Below are positions 14,461 to 27,897 of a stretch of 64,000 nt of DNA, in pieces. Source of the stretch: Hydrolagus colliei (lineage: Eukaryota); contig CM068749.1 in assembly GCA_035084275.1 (NCBI GenBank), forward strand, positions 12,958,001-13,022,000, written 5' to 3'. The first letter of the stretch is position 1. Each line of letters begins with the position of its first letter. The notes under the pieces are model-generated. The model made no database searches. It had not been told where the DNA came from and saw only the letters and a program-made list of their open reading frames with translations. The position numbers were made by a program, and so were the translations under genes.

Positions 14461-15834
14461 CTAGCTGAAGAAAACTAGCATGGGAGTTCTTCTTATCGTG
14501 GTTTGTATATTAACAATATTGTGCTCACTTATAGTTGATCATACTGGAATTGTAATGCATAGATAATTCATATCATTTACTATCTTGTTTTAGATGTCAT
14601 TAAGAATTGTATTGTATTAAGAATTAAAAATGAAGGTTAGACCACTTGTTAAGATTTTCCTTTAAAAGCACTGGCTACATTATCATCCAATGGACATAGA
14701 AATAATCAATTCAGTGTAACAGGAAAGTCTTTTGTATGAACATTTTCAAACCTGAATTTCTCCAGGCAATAAAGAATATTTTGTACCCCCTTGTGATCTC
14801 TCTTCAGAGAAAACAAGGAGAATGCAGTCCTATTACAGGAGTAACAACAGCCCCAAACCTAGTACAGTACCATTTTAAAGTAGAATTCCTTACATCATGT
14901 CCTTTCAAACGTTATTAATATATTTTGCAGTCACATCAAAATAAAATCATAAGCAAGCCTTTTTTAAAATTCTCCCTGTTAAACAAAATGGTCATTCTCC
15001 CTGTTCCACACAAATCCACATTTAGATTTTTATCTTGCGCTGGTTTTAGTCAGGGCTATATGGTGTGATTTGTTGTTGTTGCTTTATAGGCTTGGGTTTT
15101 GTGGCTTTTATTTCTTTGTAAGGTTCAGATCCAAAGTTTACACACAGGAACTTTTTAACAGCTGTGCCATTACATCCCCAAGGGTAGCAGGCTCCTTAGG
15201 GTCAATCACAGAAAGATGACCACATTGAAGACTAGTGTTTTTGTGCTGACTTGCAATTGCACATCTAGCAAATATTGATCACTGAAGAATATTTGAAGCC
15301 TTGCATCACTAAAGTTGCTTACACGGGATATTTTATCAGGTCAGCTGAAAACAGTTAAAGCCGTTTTGCTATGATGATGAATAGCCCTCCCTTGACAGAT
15401 TGTTCTTTTCCACCTAAAGCTGCAATTTGTACCTTCCCATAGGCCACAACCTATTTGATTTTTTAGGATGACAGATTTATTGCTGTCTTTTTGGGGAAAG
15501 AAAACTAAAATCTCAAACAATGGGTTAGAATACAAAATTTAAATACCCCAAATCTCAAACTAATAGAACCAAATGCTTTTTCCTCTGTGAATTGTTGGTA
15601 TCCTATGATTCTAAATAGATTGCAAACAACACAATGTTTTGTAATGTAAAAATATAAGTTCAACATGATTGTTCTATTTTTCAGTGTTTTGTTTCCCATG
15701 CTGGTAGAGACTGCAATAGAAAACGTAGAAAAATCACAATCACATGGGTTTAGCTGGTCAAATTATTTTGTTTGATTTTATTCGTCCATGACAACACAGA
15801 GTGTCAATAGGCTGGGAATCCAATGTAGGTTTGG

Positions 15835-16110
15835 GTGAACTCTGCATTGGCAGAGATATTATCATTCGAATGAGGCATTAAACTGAGATCACTTCTGCCT
15901 GTTCAGGTGGATGCTGCAGACCCTTCGGCATTACTTAAATGAGATGGGAGGTTCTCCCAGTGTCCTGACCAGCATTTCCAAGATAAAACTAGTCACTCGC
16001 TTCACAACTGTTTATGGAAACTTGCTGTAAGCATATTCAGTGCATTGTTTACCTACAAATTCAAAGTCACTACTCTTCAAAGTAAAATCTTGTGAAGTGC
16101 TATGAAAAGT
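15835..16110 (+). mobile_element. Old Deu-domain SINE relic (AmnSINE1/SacSINE1-like)
   Basis: gaatgaggcattaaactgagatc..tctgcctgttcaggtggatg..ggttctcccagtgtcctgacc..ctgtttatggaaacttgctgt resembles the Deu-domain consensus as I recall it. Confidence 0.7.
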
Positions 16111-16123
16111 TATAGTTATATCA

Positions 16124-16514
16124 CAGTCCTGTAGCTCAGTGCTTAGAGCATTCACCTCGCAAGCAAGAGACTTGGGTTCAATTCAAATGTTGGGCAAATT
16201 TCTTTACTCCACACATCTGTTTACCTAGCAGTAAGTAGGAATCTGGTTGTTAGTCTATTGGCAGATCGCTTTTCCAAGGATAACAATTCTTAGAAAAACA
16301 ATGAGAATTTGGTCAATCAATCAACAATTGTGGATTGTTTGTGGGATATACGTATATATGTATATCCGTATACGGATATACGTGCGTAATTGGCTGCCAC
16401 GTTTCACCCACAAATATACAGTCAATTCACTTTACAGTATATTCTGTGAAGTGCTTTGAGGTGTCTAGAAGATGTGAAAAGCGCTATATGAAGTGCAAGG
16501 TTCATTATTATTAT
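16124..16514 (+). mobile_element. tRNA-derived SINE, long variant
   Basis: agtcctgtagctcagtgcttagagc head; ctgtttacctagcagtaagtaggaa central segment; tail gtgaaaagcgctatatgaagtgcaagg..attattatt. Confidence 0.9.
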
Positions 16515-18357
16515 AACAATGTGCTATGGCACTATATGAAATACAAAGATTGTAAATGGAGTGGGTGGAGGTTGGGGGTGGTGGGTGGTGGTGGGGGGTA
16601 TTTGTGCTGTTTGAATAATAACAGTAGAATATATGATTAAAAATATTTGTGAATGCAGTGTTGTGGTTCAATACCAACAAGCAGTGGAGAACTTGTTTCC
16701 TGGTCAGAGGGTCATGGGTTCAAGTACCAGGGTTCGCCTATCATTCAGCTTCCTGTCGCTTCATTTCAGTGAGTCCAAACAGTTCTTAGTAAGGCTGCTA
16801 GTTAAAATGCCATGTACCAGATATGTGGGATAACTGAGTATTTGGAAACCAGTGTTAGTCACATCCCAATGCGAAGTGATCTTTGAACAATGCTAGTGCA
16901 ACAAAAAAAGTCTCGACCTTTACAAAATCTTACTCCCACTCCCCTCCCACATGTTAAGGAAGACAATCATGTGAAGGTGGTCTTCTGACTATCACTCTTC
17001 TTGGTGAGGTTATCAGTGAGGTGATAAGCCAAGTAGCAAACAAGCTGATCTTATCCCCTTAGATAAGTCTAAATGGAGAGACGATTCCTGCCCAGAGTAA
17101 AGTCCACTCTCTGTTTTCTGGTCCTTCTTAAATGCTCACGTGCTCACTTCAATCTGATAAAAAGGTGAAAATTGAGCACTGAGCTGAGGAGAGTTCGCAA
17201 GATACAGAAATCAAAGCAAAAATATTCCATGTTTGTTTCAGTGTCTTGGCCAACAATTTCTCAATAAAATTGATCATTGACTTCATGTCTGTTTGTGGCT
17301 GTGCAAAACGAAGCTGCTGTGTTCCATCAGAAAACACACAGTGACTACTCTTTATCTCCTCCTGTGATGGAGTGTTCTATACCAAATCTAAGGATTATTA
17401 TTATTATCATTCACTTTTTAACCTCCCACCTCCTCCCTTTCTTTCTTTGGAAATTATAGAAAATGTTCAACTTTGCTGTACATTTTTCTCCCACTATTCC
17501 CAGTCCCATCATTGGTACCTTCTAATTTTAATGAATTACTTATCTAGAACCCATTACACACTGTTCAAATGCTAAAAAAAACATACTTATCACTGGCCAC
17601 AATGGACATCTTTTCTGAATTGACCATATCAGGCATTCCTGATAATACAAGGATCTCCGGACACAAGTGATTCATTTGGTGAATCAAAAGTTTCTGAATT
17701 AAACTGATGAAGCCGTATTGATGATCATTTCTGAAACAAATGGGTTGTGTTACTGGAACACCAACAGGCAGACAAGGCACTGTAAGCAAATAACCTGCTA
17801 TTACAAGGTATCAAAAATATTTTACAATGCAACAAGTAGGAAATGCTTATGTTTTGCTGACTTTTGCAAGTTCATTTTGATGTCAGCTTTCATTTTATTG
17901 AAAAAATAGATTTTTTTCAAATTCGGGAAGCATTAACAAGAAGAAAAACTGAGTTTTTTTTTCAGAATCTCGTTTTTGGACAGAGCAGATTGGTTGTACT
18001 ATTGGAGTATTTGATAACAAATGAGACTTTCGAACCTCTTATCTATTCATTTGCAAGCATCACTCTCCTGATTACAATTCACATCACTGACTGTTGGCAT
18101 TTCTGTGCTACACTCAACATACAACAACACAGGCAAGTTTTGTCTACTGCCAGATGCACTTTCTACTGTATAAACCAAAGAGCAGCACTGACAGTGTCGA
18201 AGGAAAATTGATCATTTCAACCTGAGAACCGAGCAGTTAACTAACAGGAGGAGGGAGAGAGAGAAAATATAAAGACGTGCAGAATACAGTATAAGCAATC
18301 TCTTTTCATTTTCAACTAAACTAAACTCCTTTTACTTCTTTGTGTTCATCGTGTTTC

Positions 18358-18473
18358 ACCCCTTCCCAAACACTCCCCTCCCAGCTCGGGTCACACGCCT
18401 CCTGTTCAGCGCCTTGGGACGTCCTCCCGACGTGAAAGGCGCTCTATAAATGTAAATTGTTGTTGTTGTTGTT
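18358..18473 (+). mobile_element. L2 3' end
   Basis: cagcgccttgggacgtcctcccgacgtgaaaggcgctctataaatgtaaattgttgttgttgttgtt. Confidence 0.85.
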
Positions 18474-20700
18474 ATGGAGTTGGCACTGAACACTGCGAGA
18501 ATGCACTTTTTAGGGGGATACTGATAGGAGGTTTACTGCTATTTGGGGGGAATGCCCCCCAATAAATAGGACATATTGGATGAGTATAATTTTTCCATTT
18601 CCCACAAGAGCTTCTTTAGGAAACCCCTGAGTGAAGTGAACAATTTAGTGTTAAACTGTTGGGAAATTGCTTATTGACTTGGTGATAATTTCTGGGGATC
18701 CTGCTGTAAGCAAATTGGCTTCTGTGTTCACCTACAAACAAGTATGCACTACGCTTTACAGTAAATCTTGTGAAGCATTTTTCATCTCCTTGATATCAGA
18801 TGCGAGGATTATCATTTTATTACTATTTAACTGGGTTCCATGGATAAAGCACCTGTAGGAACTGGATACCATTAAAAGAGACAATTAAAATGATGTGTTG
18901 TGTAACCTGCATTGGAGTTAAAGCCACTCATTCTGACCCGAAAGGCAGGGTTTAAAATTATAAAGTCATTATATAATTTTATCTACATTTAGAAAACCTT
19001 TTGATAGGGTTATCTAATACTTTTGCAAATACAACCCATGCTAATCTGATCTCATTTTTTGATTGATTCATTACAATGTCAGTCACCTTTGTTAATCCAA
19101 TGGCTATTCAATTGTCATGATAGCAGGTTGGGCCCTATGGTATGGAGTGGGAATGCTTAGTATTTTTGTAGCAATACCTAGTCTGATTTTACACCATTTC
19201 TGCTTCACTTTAGTTCCAAAAGGGTAAAAGGCAACCATAAAAATTAAGCAATATGTTTGACTCTGATTCCACATGAGTAATCAGCAGCAAACCAAAGTAC
19301 GTACACAAAGTGGTCCAGGTAAAACAACGTTGGGTCTAGCAATTAGTGCCACAAGCAAGTGGTCCAATTTACAGAAGCTCCAAACTCTTTGGAATAGCAA
19401 ATCATGGAGACTACACGTAAATAGGAGAAACTAATTTATCTCATGGCTGTTTGTGGGACATTGGTATGTACAAATTGCCTACCACCTCCACCGACAAATA
19501 CACGATCACTACATCACAATGAAAAATCCTGTGAAGCTTTTTGAAATGTCTGGAGGACATGAATAGATACTGAATCAAAGGATTCTTGCATTATTGTATT
19601 GTAACAAAGCTTGCTAGCTGACAAGTTGAAACACACATTTAGTTGAGACAATTTTTTGTTGTTGTGCAGTACTGTATTGTGAAGTACTGTAGTTTATAAA
19701 GTTGGATTCATACAACTGACTGCATGGAGTTACAGAGGGCGATGGTCTCCACAGACTGACGAAACACTTGTGTTTTGTAATACTGCTGGCATTTCCCTTC
19801 AGACATTACAACATACTAGTTATGCTCTGAACCTCTGTTAAATATTAAAGCTCCCTATTTCCTGGGCAGAAGTCAATAACTATATTCTGTTAACTTTGGA
19901 GAATTCCGAGGAACTTTAAAAGATTGACGCACTATTCTCTTTTTAGTTATTGTTTCGATTTGCCCATTTCCTTGTCCCTGATCATTGTTTAATATCACCA
20001 GGATGCCCATGTTACAGCTACTTCTCACCTTTGCTTTGCTGATAACATTGCCACATCCATCACATGGACCATACACATCAAGAAGTTGTGACTTTGTCAC
20101 CTCCTTTGACTAGGGATGGGGTAGAAACAGTGTTTGTATTCACAGCACACCAAAGTGACTTTTTTCAAAAAAATTCTTCACTTGCAGGTAATAAAATTCA
20201 ACAGGTTCACTCCAGTTTACCATACACTGATTGCCGAACAGTCACAATCTTTTTATTGCATCTTTATAGCAGAAAAAAGTAACAAAGAATGTGATAGACC
20301 CCCACTGTTCTAAATGGCTTCAGCCTGCAAAGTTCCTTGAGTACCATTGCTAAGTGACCCTTATATTAAAACCCAGCCATGGTGTAGGAAGATCATTAGC
20401 TAGTTTTATTTTATTGACAGAGGCAGAGTTTACAATCCCAGAGGAGTTAAAATGTGTTGCTCAGGCTCTCCCTTCGTGGTATATTGTCACCTGGTGAATA
20501 ACAGGCATCTAATTTCCAATGCTCTGGGCAAATGTGTGATCTGTGCGAACACTTAGATATTAATTTATAACGTATCACTGCTCTGTTTAAAGCTGAAATG
20601 GCATTTGTAGAGAAGAATGTCAGATACAATTGTCAGATCTTCTTTTACCTTTTTAGTACCTGCCATTCCAATGCAGACAGAGTGCAAACATGGCTGACGG

Positions 20701-20725
20701 ATTAATGGTTAACCACACTGTTTAC
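20701..20725 (+). promoter_or_regulatory. Candidate HNF1 + FOXA composite site
   Basis: ATTAATGGTTAAC (two mismatches to HNF1 consensus GTTAATNATTAAC), followed 5 bp later by TGTTTAC (forkhead core). Confidence 0.35.
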
Positions 20726-21948
20726 ACTCCCATTAAGTTAGACTGCGGCAGCACAATACCACAGGCATGCAATGAAAAGGACAGTTCACAGTTTAGGAGC
20801 TTGCTGTGGCATACCCATCAAAACACACTGTGCATATTTGAAAAAAGAACTGGACGAAGCTTCATTACAGAATATTTAGATTGTAAAATACTGTACTTTG
20901 TTTCTGGAATTTTATTGGTGAAAATCCTAAAATACACACTACTAAATTTGGCCACTAAATCCACAACAGTTTGGGGTGCACTACTGTGCACAATTGTTTC
21001 ACCCACTTAATATTAATTCACTTTGCGGTATATTCTGTGAATTGCTTTGAGATGTGATAAGACACTATTTCAAATGCAAGGATGTAGAATATCAAATGCA
21101 ACAACTATTAGGCCTAGTGGTCGGAAGGCCATTTGTCAATCAATTGTTCTTTCTGTTGTAGTACGTACACTTTTGCACCGCCACCACTTTCCAGCCCCTC
21201 ACCAAAAAATCCCACTGCATTTATTCAAATCACTGCAGTTTCTTGCCTCTGCATCAAATCAGAAGCCCCTTTTGTACCTGCCAAGAAGAGGAAATCACAA
21301 TATTTGGCACAGGAACACACGCATGACCGATTAGAGCCGACACGCCTATCCTCTGAACATATGCTGAAGCTTCCTTGTGCCTGCACGTGTGGGTGGAGCA
21401 AAGGTTCATTGTAGTTTGAAATTGTATCATTCATTTAAGTGCTTGAACATGCTCTTTTCTACAAAAAAGCAATATAAGCATAAGCACAGGCTGACGTTCA
21501 TTTCCTATCTGCACGGCAAAGGTAAGCTACAAGTATACTGCACTTCGATCTTCAATGCACCTGGCCAGAGCCGAGGACTTGACATATCTTTTAGAAAGTA
21601 AGAAATTTTCTCATTTTATTTTCATGCATGTACAACTTTTCTTACAAAGACTCATTTTGGTATGCTGCAGATATTATTCCATGGGATTTTGAGTGATAAA
21701 TGTTGGAAAGAGATTTTTAAAACCATCAATGATTATTTTCCAGCCGTCTTTTGGAGGCATTCTTTCTTAGCGACACTGAGAACTACAGCATCTGGTCACG
21801 TAGATAATGTATTTTATATACCTGCATTTGAAAGAAGGTAAATATACGAACTTTTGTAGGACTAATAATTAAACCAAGTGATGCTGGCTGTCTCGGCGGT
21901 GAGGGTGTGCAATTTCATTCAGCTTTCTGCCACCTCCCTGACACTATT

Positions 21949-22350
21949 CAACAACTTGCATTTATATAGTGCCCTTCACATAGGATAACATCGCAAGAGA
22001 ACCATACAACAACAACAAAATTACACTTGTAGAGTGCCTTTCACGTCGGGAGGATGTCCCAATTGATGTAGTTGGACATTGAGGAAAAGAATGTTTAGAT
22101 TTGTTGTTAATAGATGTAGAATAACAACAACAACTTGGATTTATATAGCGCCCTCCATGCCACATAGTGTGCAGAGGAGTGGAGAGATTTCAACACAAGA
22201 ATGAGGATCTTGAAATCGATCCCCTCTGAGACAGAGAGCCAGTGAAGTCTGGCAAAGTTTGCTTTGGGTGAGAATGCAGGCAGCGGAATTTTGAATAAAC
22301 TGGATTTTGAAAACGGTAGCGGAGGGGACACTGGTGAGGAGGGTATTGGG
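21949..22350 (-). mobile_element. Cluster of three L2 3' ends, the last with an ORF2 remnant
   Basis: Three (CAA)n-led tails at about 21949, 22006 and 22122. Minus-strand translation RLHWLSVSEGIDFKILILVLKSLH. Confidence 0.85.
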
Positions 22351-24134
22351 AGTAGTTCAGCAGAGAGGTGACAAAGGCATCCACCAGGGTTTTGGAGACA
22401 AAATATTGTGTTGCAGAGACAAAATATTAGAAAAGCATATGTGTCACATTGCTGCAAAGATTCATAAACTCTGATTAACAGCAGCACATACTAAGTGAGG
22501 GCTGCAGGCATGTAACAGTAAAAGGTGTGTAACAATTTAGCGCCATTCAGTATGTCAAGCCCGTTCCTTCCATTGATTGTGTTTCGTCTATTGAAGGTAG
22601 ATAAAATATTGTTATAAAATCCTTGCAAATATTGAATCATGTTGGTAACTAGAACTCTATCTGGCATGACAACACAGAATTGTAATACGTAGCACCATAA
22701 TATAACATCTATAAAGTTGAGTATGCTTCAAAACTCTTCACAAAGTCCTTGCCGAATGTTGTGATTGTTTAAGTTACATGCGAAGCACAGTGCATAGTTC
22801 CCAAGGATTGGTGTGATGGAATACAGTACTTTACCTTATGAATTCCAGTGCTAATACCACATTTTCAACTCTCAATGTTAATATAATATTACAGTACATT
22901 ATAATTTCTTCATTCTTGGCTTGAAGATTTACTCCCAATTATTTTTAATAGTTGGTTTTATAGTAATCTAATTTGAGTCCTAGCATTCCTTTAAATTCAT
23001 TGATCTGATTTGACCCAAATCTCCAGCACATTCATTTATGGATTTACTCTCTACTTTACCTCTGGATGCTTACAGCTGTTTATCTAAAACAACAAGGCCT
23101 GAGTGATCTTTTTTTACACTAGTTACTGCACAGCTCCAAATGCAGAGCTGCAATGAATATGAATGAGCTGGTGGTTATTACCTCAGTTCATTAGGGAGGC
23201 AGCATCCCTTCATGTTCAATCACCGACCTAGCCTATACCTTGAATGACGTTAAGAATTACATCAGCTCAATTTTCATTAACTATACATTGTTTATCCTTC
23301 TGTATATATTTCAGTGGTGAACAGTGTTAATGCAGCAATTATCCAATTTCTACTCCAAATTTTATATGCAGTGAGTATGGTTTGACTCCACAATGGATTA
23401 CTAACCGGAGAACCAGATAGGTAAATTAAAAATATGGAAAGGCTGCATCCCCCATTCCCTTCCCCTGGTGGCTGTGCTTCTGGCAAGGTTCGCTCTCTGA
23501 CAAAAGCTCAAAATTATTGACTCTACTGAAGAATATTCCAGATAGAGTCCATTGTCCATTGGTTTCACTATATAGATCTAGAGGCCCAAAGAAGCAATGC
23601 AGACGGTTTACAGATTCATGCATAAATATGAGAGCAAGCGAGCTAGATCACTGAAAGACACACGAGACCAAGCATGGTTTTTTACTCATTTCTGTAACAT
23701 TTGGAGTGAAAATTCACACTACCTATTTTCCCATGTCTCTTGTGTCGCTTTGAACTACTATCTCGATTGAATTGCTGCAAATCCTTTTCATTCAGACACC
23801 AATCTCAATTTTAAACAATAATCATAGTACTGTAATATTGTACTGTAGTAGTATTATTGTGAGAATTTTCTACTTAAATTTTTATTTAGCTCTTTCTTCC
23901 CCCAGTTCGCAATACACCATCCTACACACTCTTACCCATCACTGCAATAAAACGGGATGGGAGGGGTTGGTGGGGCAAGACAATGAGTTTCGAAAGTTCC
24001 AGTTTAAATGTGGAATGTCTTTCTGACCTACACGTGAGAGTGCCGGCAACAAGTCAACCCTGCATTATCTTTTTATTTAATCCTAGGTATGCTGCCTACC
24101 TTTGCACTTATACAGTACTATTTAATGTAATTCC

Positions 24135-24247
24135 ACCCACAAATATACAGTTAATTCACTTTACAGTATATTCTGTTAAGCGCTTTGAGACATCTAGAAG
24201 ACTTGAAAAGAGCCATATCAAATGCAAGGATTATTATTATATTATAA
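24135..24247 (+). mobile_element. SINE 3' fragment
   Basis: cccacaaatatacagttaattcactttacag...atcaaatgcaaggattattatt. Similar fragments occur near 1310, 3240, 9930, 18690, 19445, 20975, 25040, 25520, 37690 and 46885. Confidence 0.85.
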
Positions 24248-24710
24248 TTCCATGGCACTGCCAGGCTCAGGAGCATTTCCTAAACATTTTTCCCCATGAT
24301 CTCATCAACCACAAATAAATCAATGGAAATAAATGAACCAGAACCCCATAAGGATATTGGGATTAATAATAATTATATGAAACAGTTTGATTTTAAAAAG
24401 ACAACGTTTACATAAACAAGCAAAAGCTTTAAAAAGTTAGGTGAAGCATGTTTCATTGTAACTGATTTGTTCAAAATAGAATTGATTGTAACATTTTCCC
24501 TTCAAAGAACAGGAATAGAACTGTAAATGCCATTTAATATATAACTAGGTCATAGTGAATGAGATTACAATGATCAATAAGACTAGAGCTGAGTCAGTCC
24601 TGTACATATTCTCAGCCACGGTATTCAAGGAGTGAAAGAAACACCTTTTCCTCCCTCGCCCAGTTTTTGGAAGGTATGATTTATGCCCCATTCCCCCTGC
24701 CGCCCCAGTC

Positions 24711-25016
24711 AATAATAATAATAATCCTTGCATTTGGTATAGCACTTTTCACATCTCCTAGATGTCTGAAAGCACATAACAGAATATACTGTAAAGTAAA
24801 TTGACTGCATATATTGTGTGAAACGCAGCAGCCAATTGTGCACAGCAGTGTTCTGCAAACAGACGTGGATTGAAATGACAAATTTATTACTGTATTTTGT
24901 TGAGGCATTATTATCAGGCGTGTAGAGTAAGGATACTTTTCCAAGGTTTCACACTACCTGGAATCGAACCCAGGTCTCTAGCTTGTAAGGCGAGTGCTCT
25001 ACCACTGTGCTCCACA
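24711..25016 (-). mobile_element. Full-length tRNA-derived SINE
   Basis: (AAT)n-ccttgcattt tail at left and ggaatcgaacccaggtctc...gagtgctct head at right. Confidence 0.92.
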
Positions 25017-25169
25017 AAGCAGGTAATGGACAATCTATTATGTTCACCTACAAAATGCACAGTATCTACACTTGATAGTGTATGCTGCAAAGCGTTTTGA
25101 GACATCTTCCATCTATGAAAGGATCCATATTAAATGCAAGGATTATTTACTTATTTAAGCCTCTTCCAA

Positions 25170-25516
25170 TACCAAACTGGAAAATCCCTTGATTCTAACT
25201 TTCAAAATCCTCCATGGCCTTGCTCCCCCACCTGCCTCTGCAACCTCCTAGCTTGCTACCAACCTACCCACTCCCTATGCTCAGTGGGCTCCGGCCTGCT
25301 TCACGTCCCCCTCCTCACCCACCACCATTGGCAGGCTGGCCTTCAGCCACTCTGCCCCCACCCTCTGGAACTCCCTTGTGCAGTCCCTCCACCTTGCTCC
25401 TGACTTGTCTCCGTCAAGACGCATTCCAAGACCCTCCTCTTCGACCTTGCCTTTGGCCACCCTCCTACCCATGTGAAAGGCACTATACAAATGTAATTTT
25501 GCTGTTGTTGTTGTTG
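25170..25516 (+). mobile_element. L2 LINE 3' fragment
   Basis: ctccatggccttgctcccccacctgcctctgcaacc...ccttcagccactctgccccc...gtgaaaggcactatacaaatgtaattttgctgttgttg; parallels the 10837 copy. Confidence 0.88.
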
Positions 25517-27554
25517 AATACATTTGGTCACTCACTTTTGGCTGTTTGTGGAACATTGTGCAGAAATTGAATAATTTAATGTTCGGTCTATGAGACTCCT
25601 TGACATCAAGACGCGGCGCTATATCAAATGCAAGGATCATTAATATTATAAGGAATTTTTTTTATCATATCGCTACCACTATCAAACATCAAAGCACTGG
25701 AGTATCGAGCCAGCTAGTCCCTTTCATTTTCTTTCAAGTTTTGTAATGCAGCTCTACTGCTGGTTGATAGTCCCAAGCAACAATTAGGCAACACATATTG
25801 TTCTCTAGCTCCTTCTGCAAAACAAACCAAGAAACAGACCATTACAAAAATTATGCACCAAACTCACCTGATCACTTTCCAGAACTGTATTAGTAAAGGT
25901 TATTGTAAGTACGTGGTTAAGCTGTTAAATGATAGATGAGAAGAGTATTTAAACTAATCAAGTCTATGATTCACTGACTCAGTAGTACTGACATGAAAAC
26001 ATTGGGTCACAGGACCTTAGTTTGCAGATGCCTACAGTTGGGTTAAGTCAGGTACATATCCACTGAGTATGATCTCTTGACCCTTTCTCAGCACCTAAAA
26101 CTCTTCTATTGAGTTAGAGGCCTGCAACCATCTCACTCACTCCTGCATCTCAGGTTAATCATTTCTCTGCCATTATCTGCAAAGACTTCTTATCTCTCCT
26201 GCTGTCAGTTTATAACAGGGTCTTCTTATCAAACTACGAAAAAACACATGACTCTGCAAGACCTATCACAAACCTCCAATTTCCCATCCTTCTGATTAAT
26301 GGCCAACCTGAGATGGTGCACACAGTTTAGCAGGCCACTAAATACTAGAAGCAGATCAGAGTCCAGTCAAACAACTACATGTATCCTCCCAAAATCTTGA
26401 ATGATATTTTATTTCAGTTTCTGCAAAGGTTATTATTTTATGTTCTCATCCAAGGTCAATAAAGATAACAGGTTTTGCACCTGTGGCATCCTATGTTGTA
26501 CGCTGTGCATTCAGGGCATCACACATATAGCCAATAATATCTTCTGCCCCCTTGTCTGATATCAACCAGAAATCCAGAAATCATCCATAAGTCATAGTCT
26601 AAGAAATGTTGGTAAGTGGAGCTTATGTTATTCCAGCACAACTCAGAAAGCATGCAAAATTCAGTAAGTATACTGAACAGGTATTATATTTAAGAAACAT
26701 ATTTTAAAATATTTGTAAAATTAAATGTAAAAACCGCATGACAGTACAGTTACTGTACTGTGTGTTTCCTTTCATAGGAAGCTAATTCAAATGCATTAGT
26801 TGGCACCAATAGATAACTACAACTTATTTTCAGATGTGTTTCCCCATCCCCTCCTCTGTTTTGCTACAGGACTTTTGTTAAATGCTACAATCCATTTGTT
26901 TATTATTCAGTTGTCAATATTAGTTCTACAAAGGCAGCTGAGAATTACTGTAAGATTATGCAATTAAAATGTACCTGTCATTACAATGTTATAAAACACC
27001 CACCATAACTCTTGCTTAAAGGATTTATAATGTGTCTAGTTAAATGTTGGAGTGATCATTTTAATGAATTGGAAATACAAAATTGTTATAAAGGTAAAGT
27101 AAGGGAAGCGCTATCTCCTATCTGCTAGATCAGAAGTACAAATGTTTCGGATAGTTTGAGAAGATATGTCAGCATTCCTGACTTGTCGGATGGTGAGGCA
27201 AGGTACAAAATAAAAGCTCTTGAGTCGAGTTCACTTAAAAGTGACTTAACGTTGCAATAGAACAGAGCGCCCTGACATAAGAATTAAAATGGAAATGCAA
27301 ATCAATAAATGGCAATATATCCACCTTTACAGAGGACAGACCTGTCAGGATTGGAGCACTGGTTGTGAAGAGGGTACATATAAGATGACCAGCCTGAGGT
27401 TGAGAGCCCAGCTAAGGATCTGTAGACATAGTCTTGCTTTCACACTAGCCAGTGTATGTTACCCACGCTACTGAGACTCGACTAGTGGTTGTATTGTGAA
27501 ACAGATAAATGTCCTGTTAAACAGATCAACATACCTCCCACTGTTTAGTTGTTT

Positions 27555-27897
27555 TGAGTCCTGTCACTCAGTGGTTAGAGCACTTGCTTTCCAAACAAGA
27601 GGCCTGGGTTCGATTCCAGGCAGGACAAAACCGTGGGTAAGTTTCCATACTCCACACGCCTAATGTTAATCCGTCAAGCAAATTAATGAATTGGTCATTT
27701 CAATCCATGACTGTGTGTCCTCCCGATGTGAAAGGCGCTTTACAAATGTAATTTTGTGGTTGTTGTTCGTGTGACACTGCAGGGTGCAATTGACTGCCGC
27801 GTTTGACCCAAAATTGACTTTAAGTATATTGTGAGAAGTGCTTTTGAGATGTCTAGGAGACGTGAAAAGCACCACATCAAATGCAAGGATTATTATC
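27555..27897 (+). mobile_element. tRNA-derived SINE with a nested L2 3' tail at about 27717-27767
   Basis: Head ctcagtggttagagc/gggttcgattcc; body interrupted by gtcctcccgatgtgaaaggcgctttacaaatgtaattttgtggttgttgtt. Confidence 0.88.
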
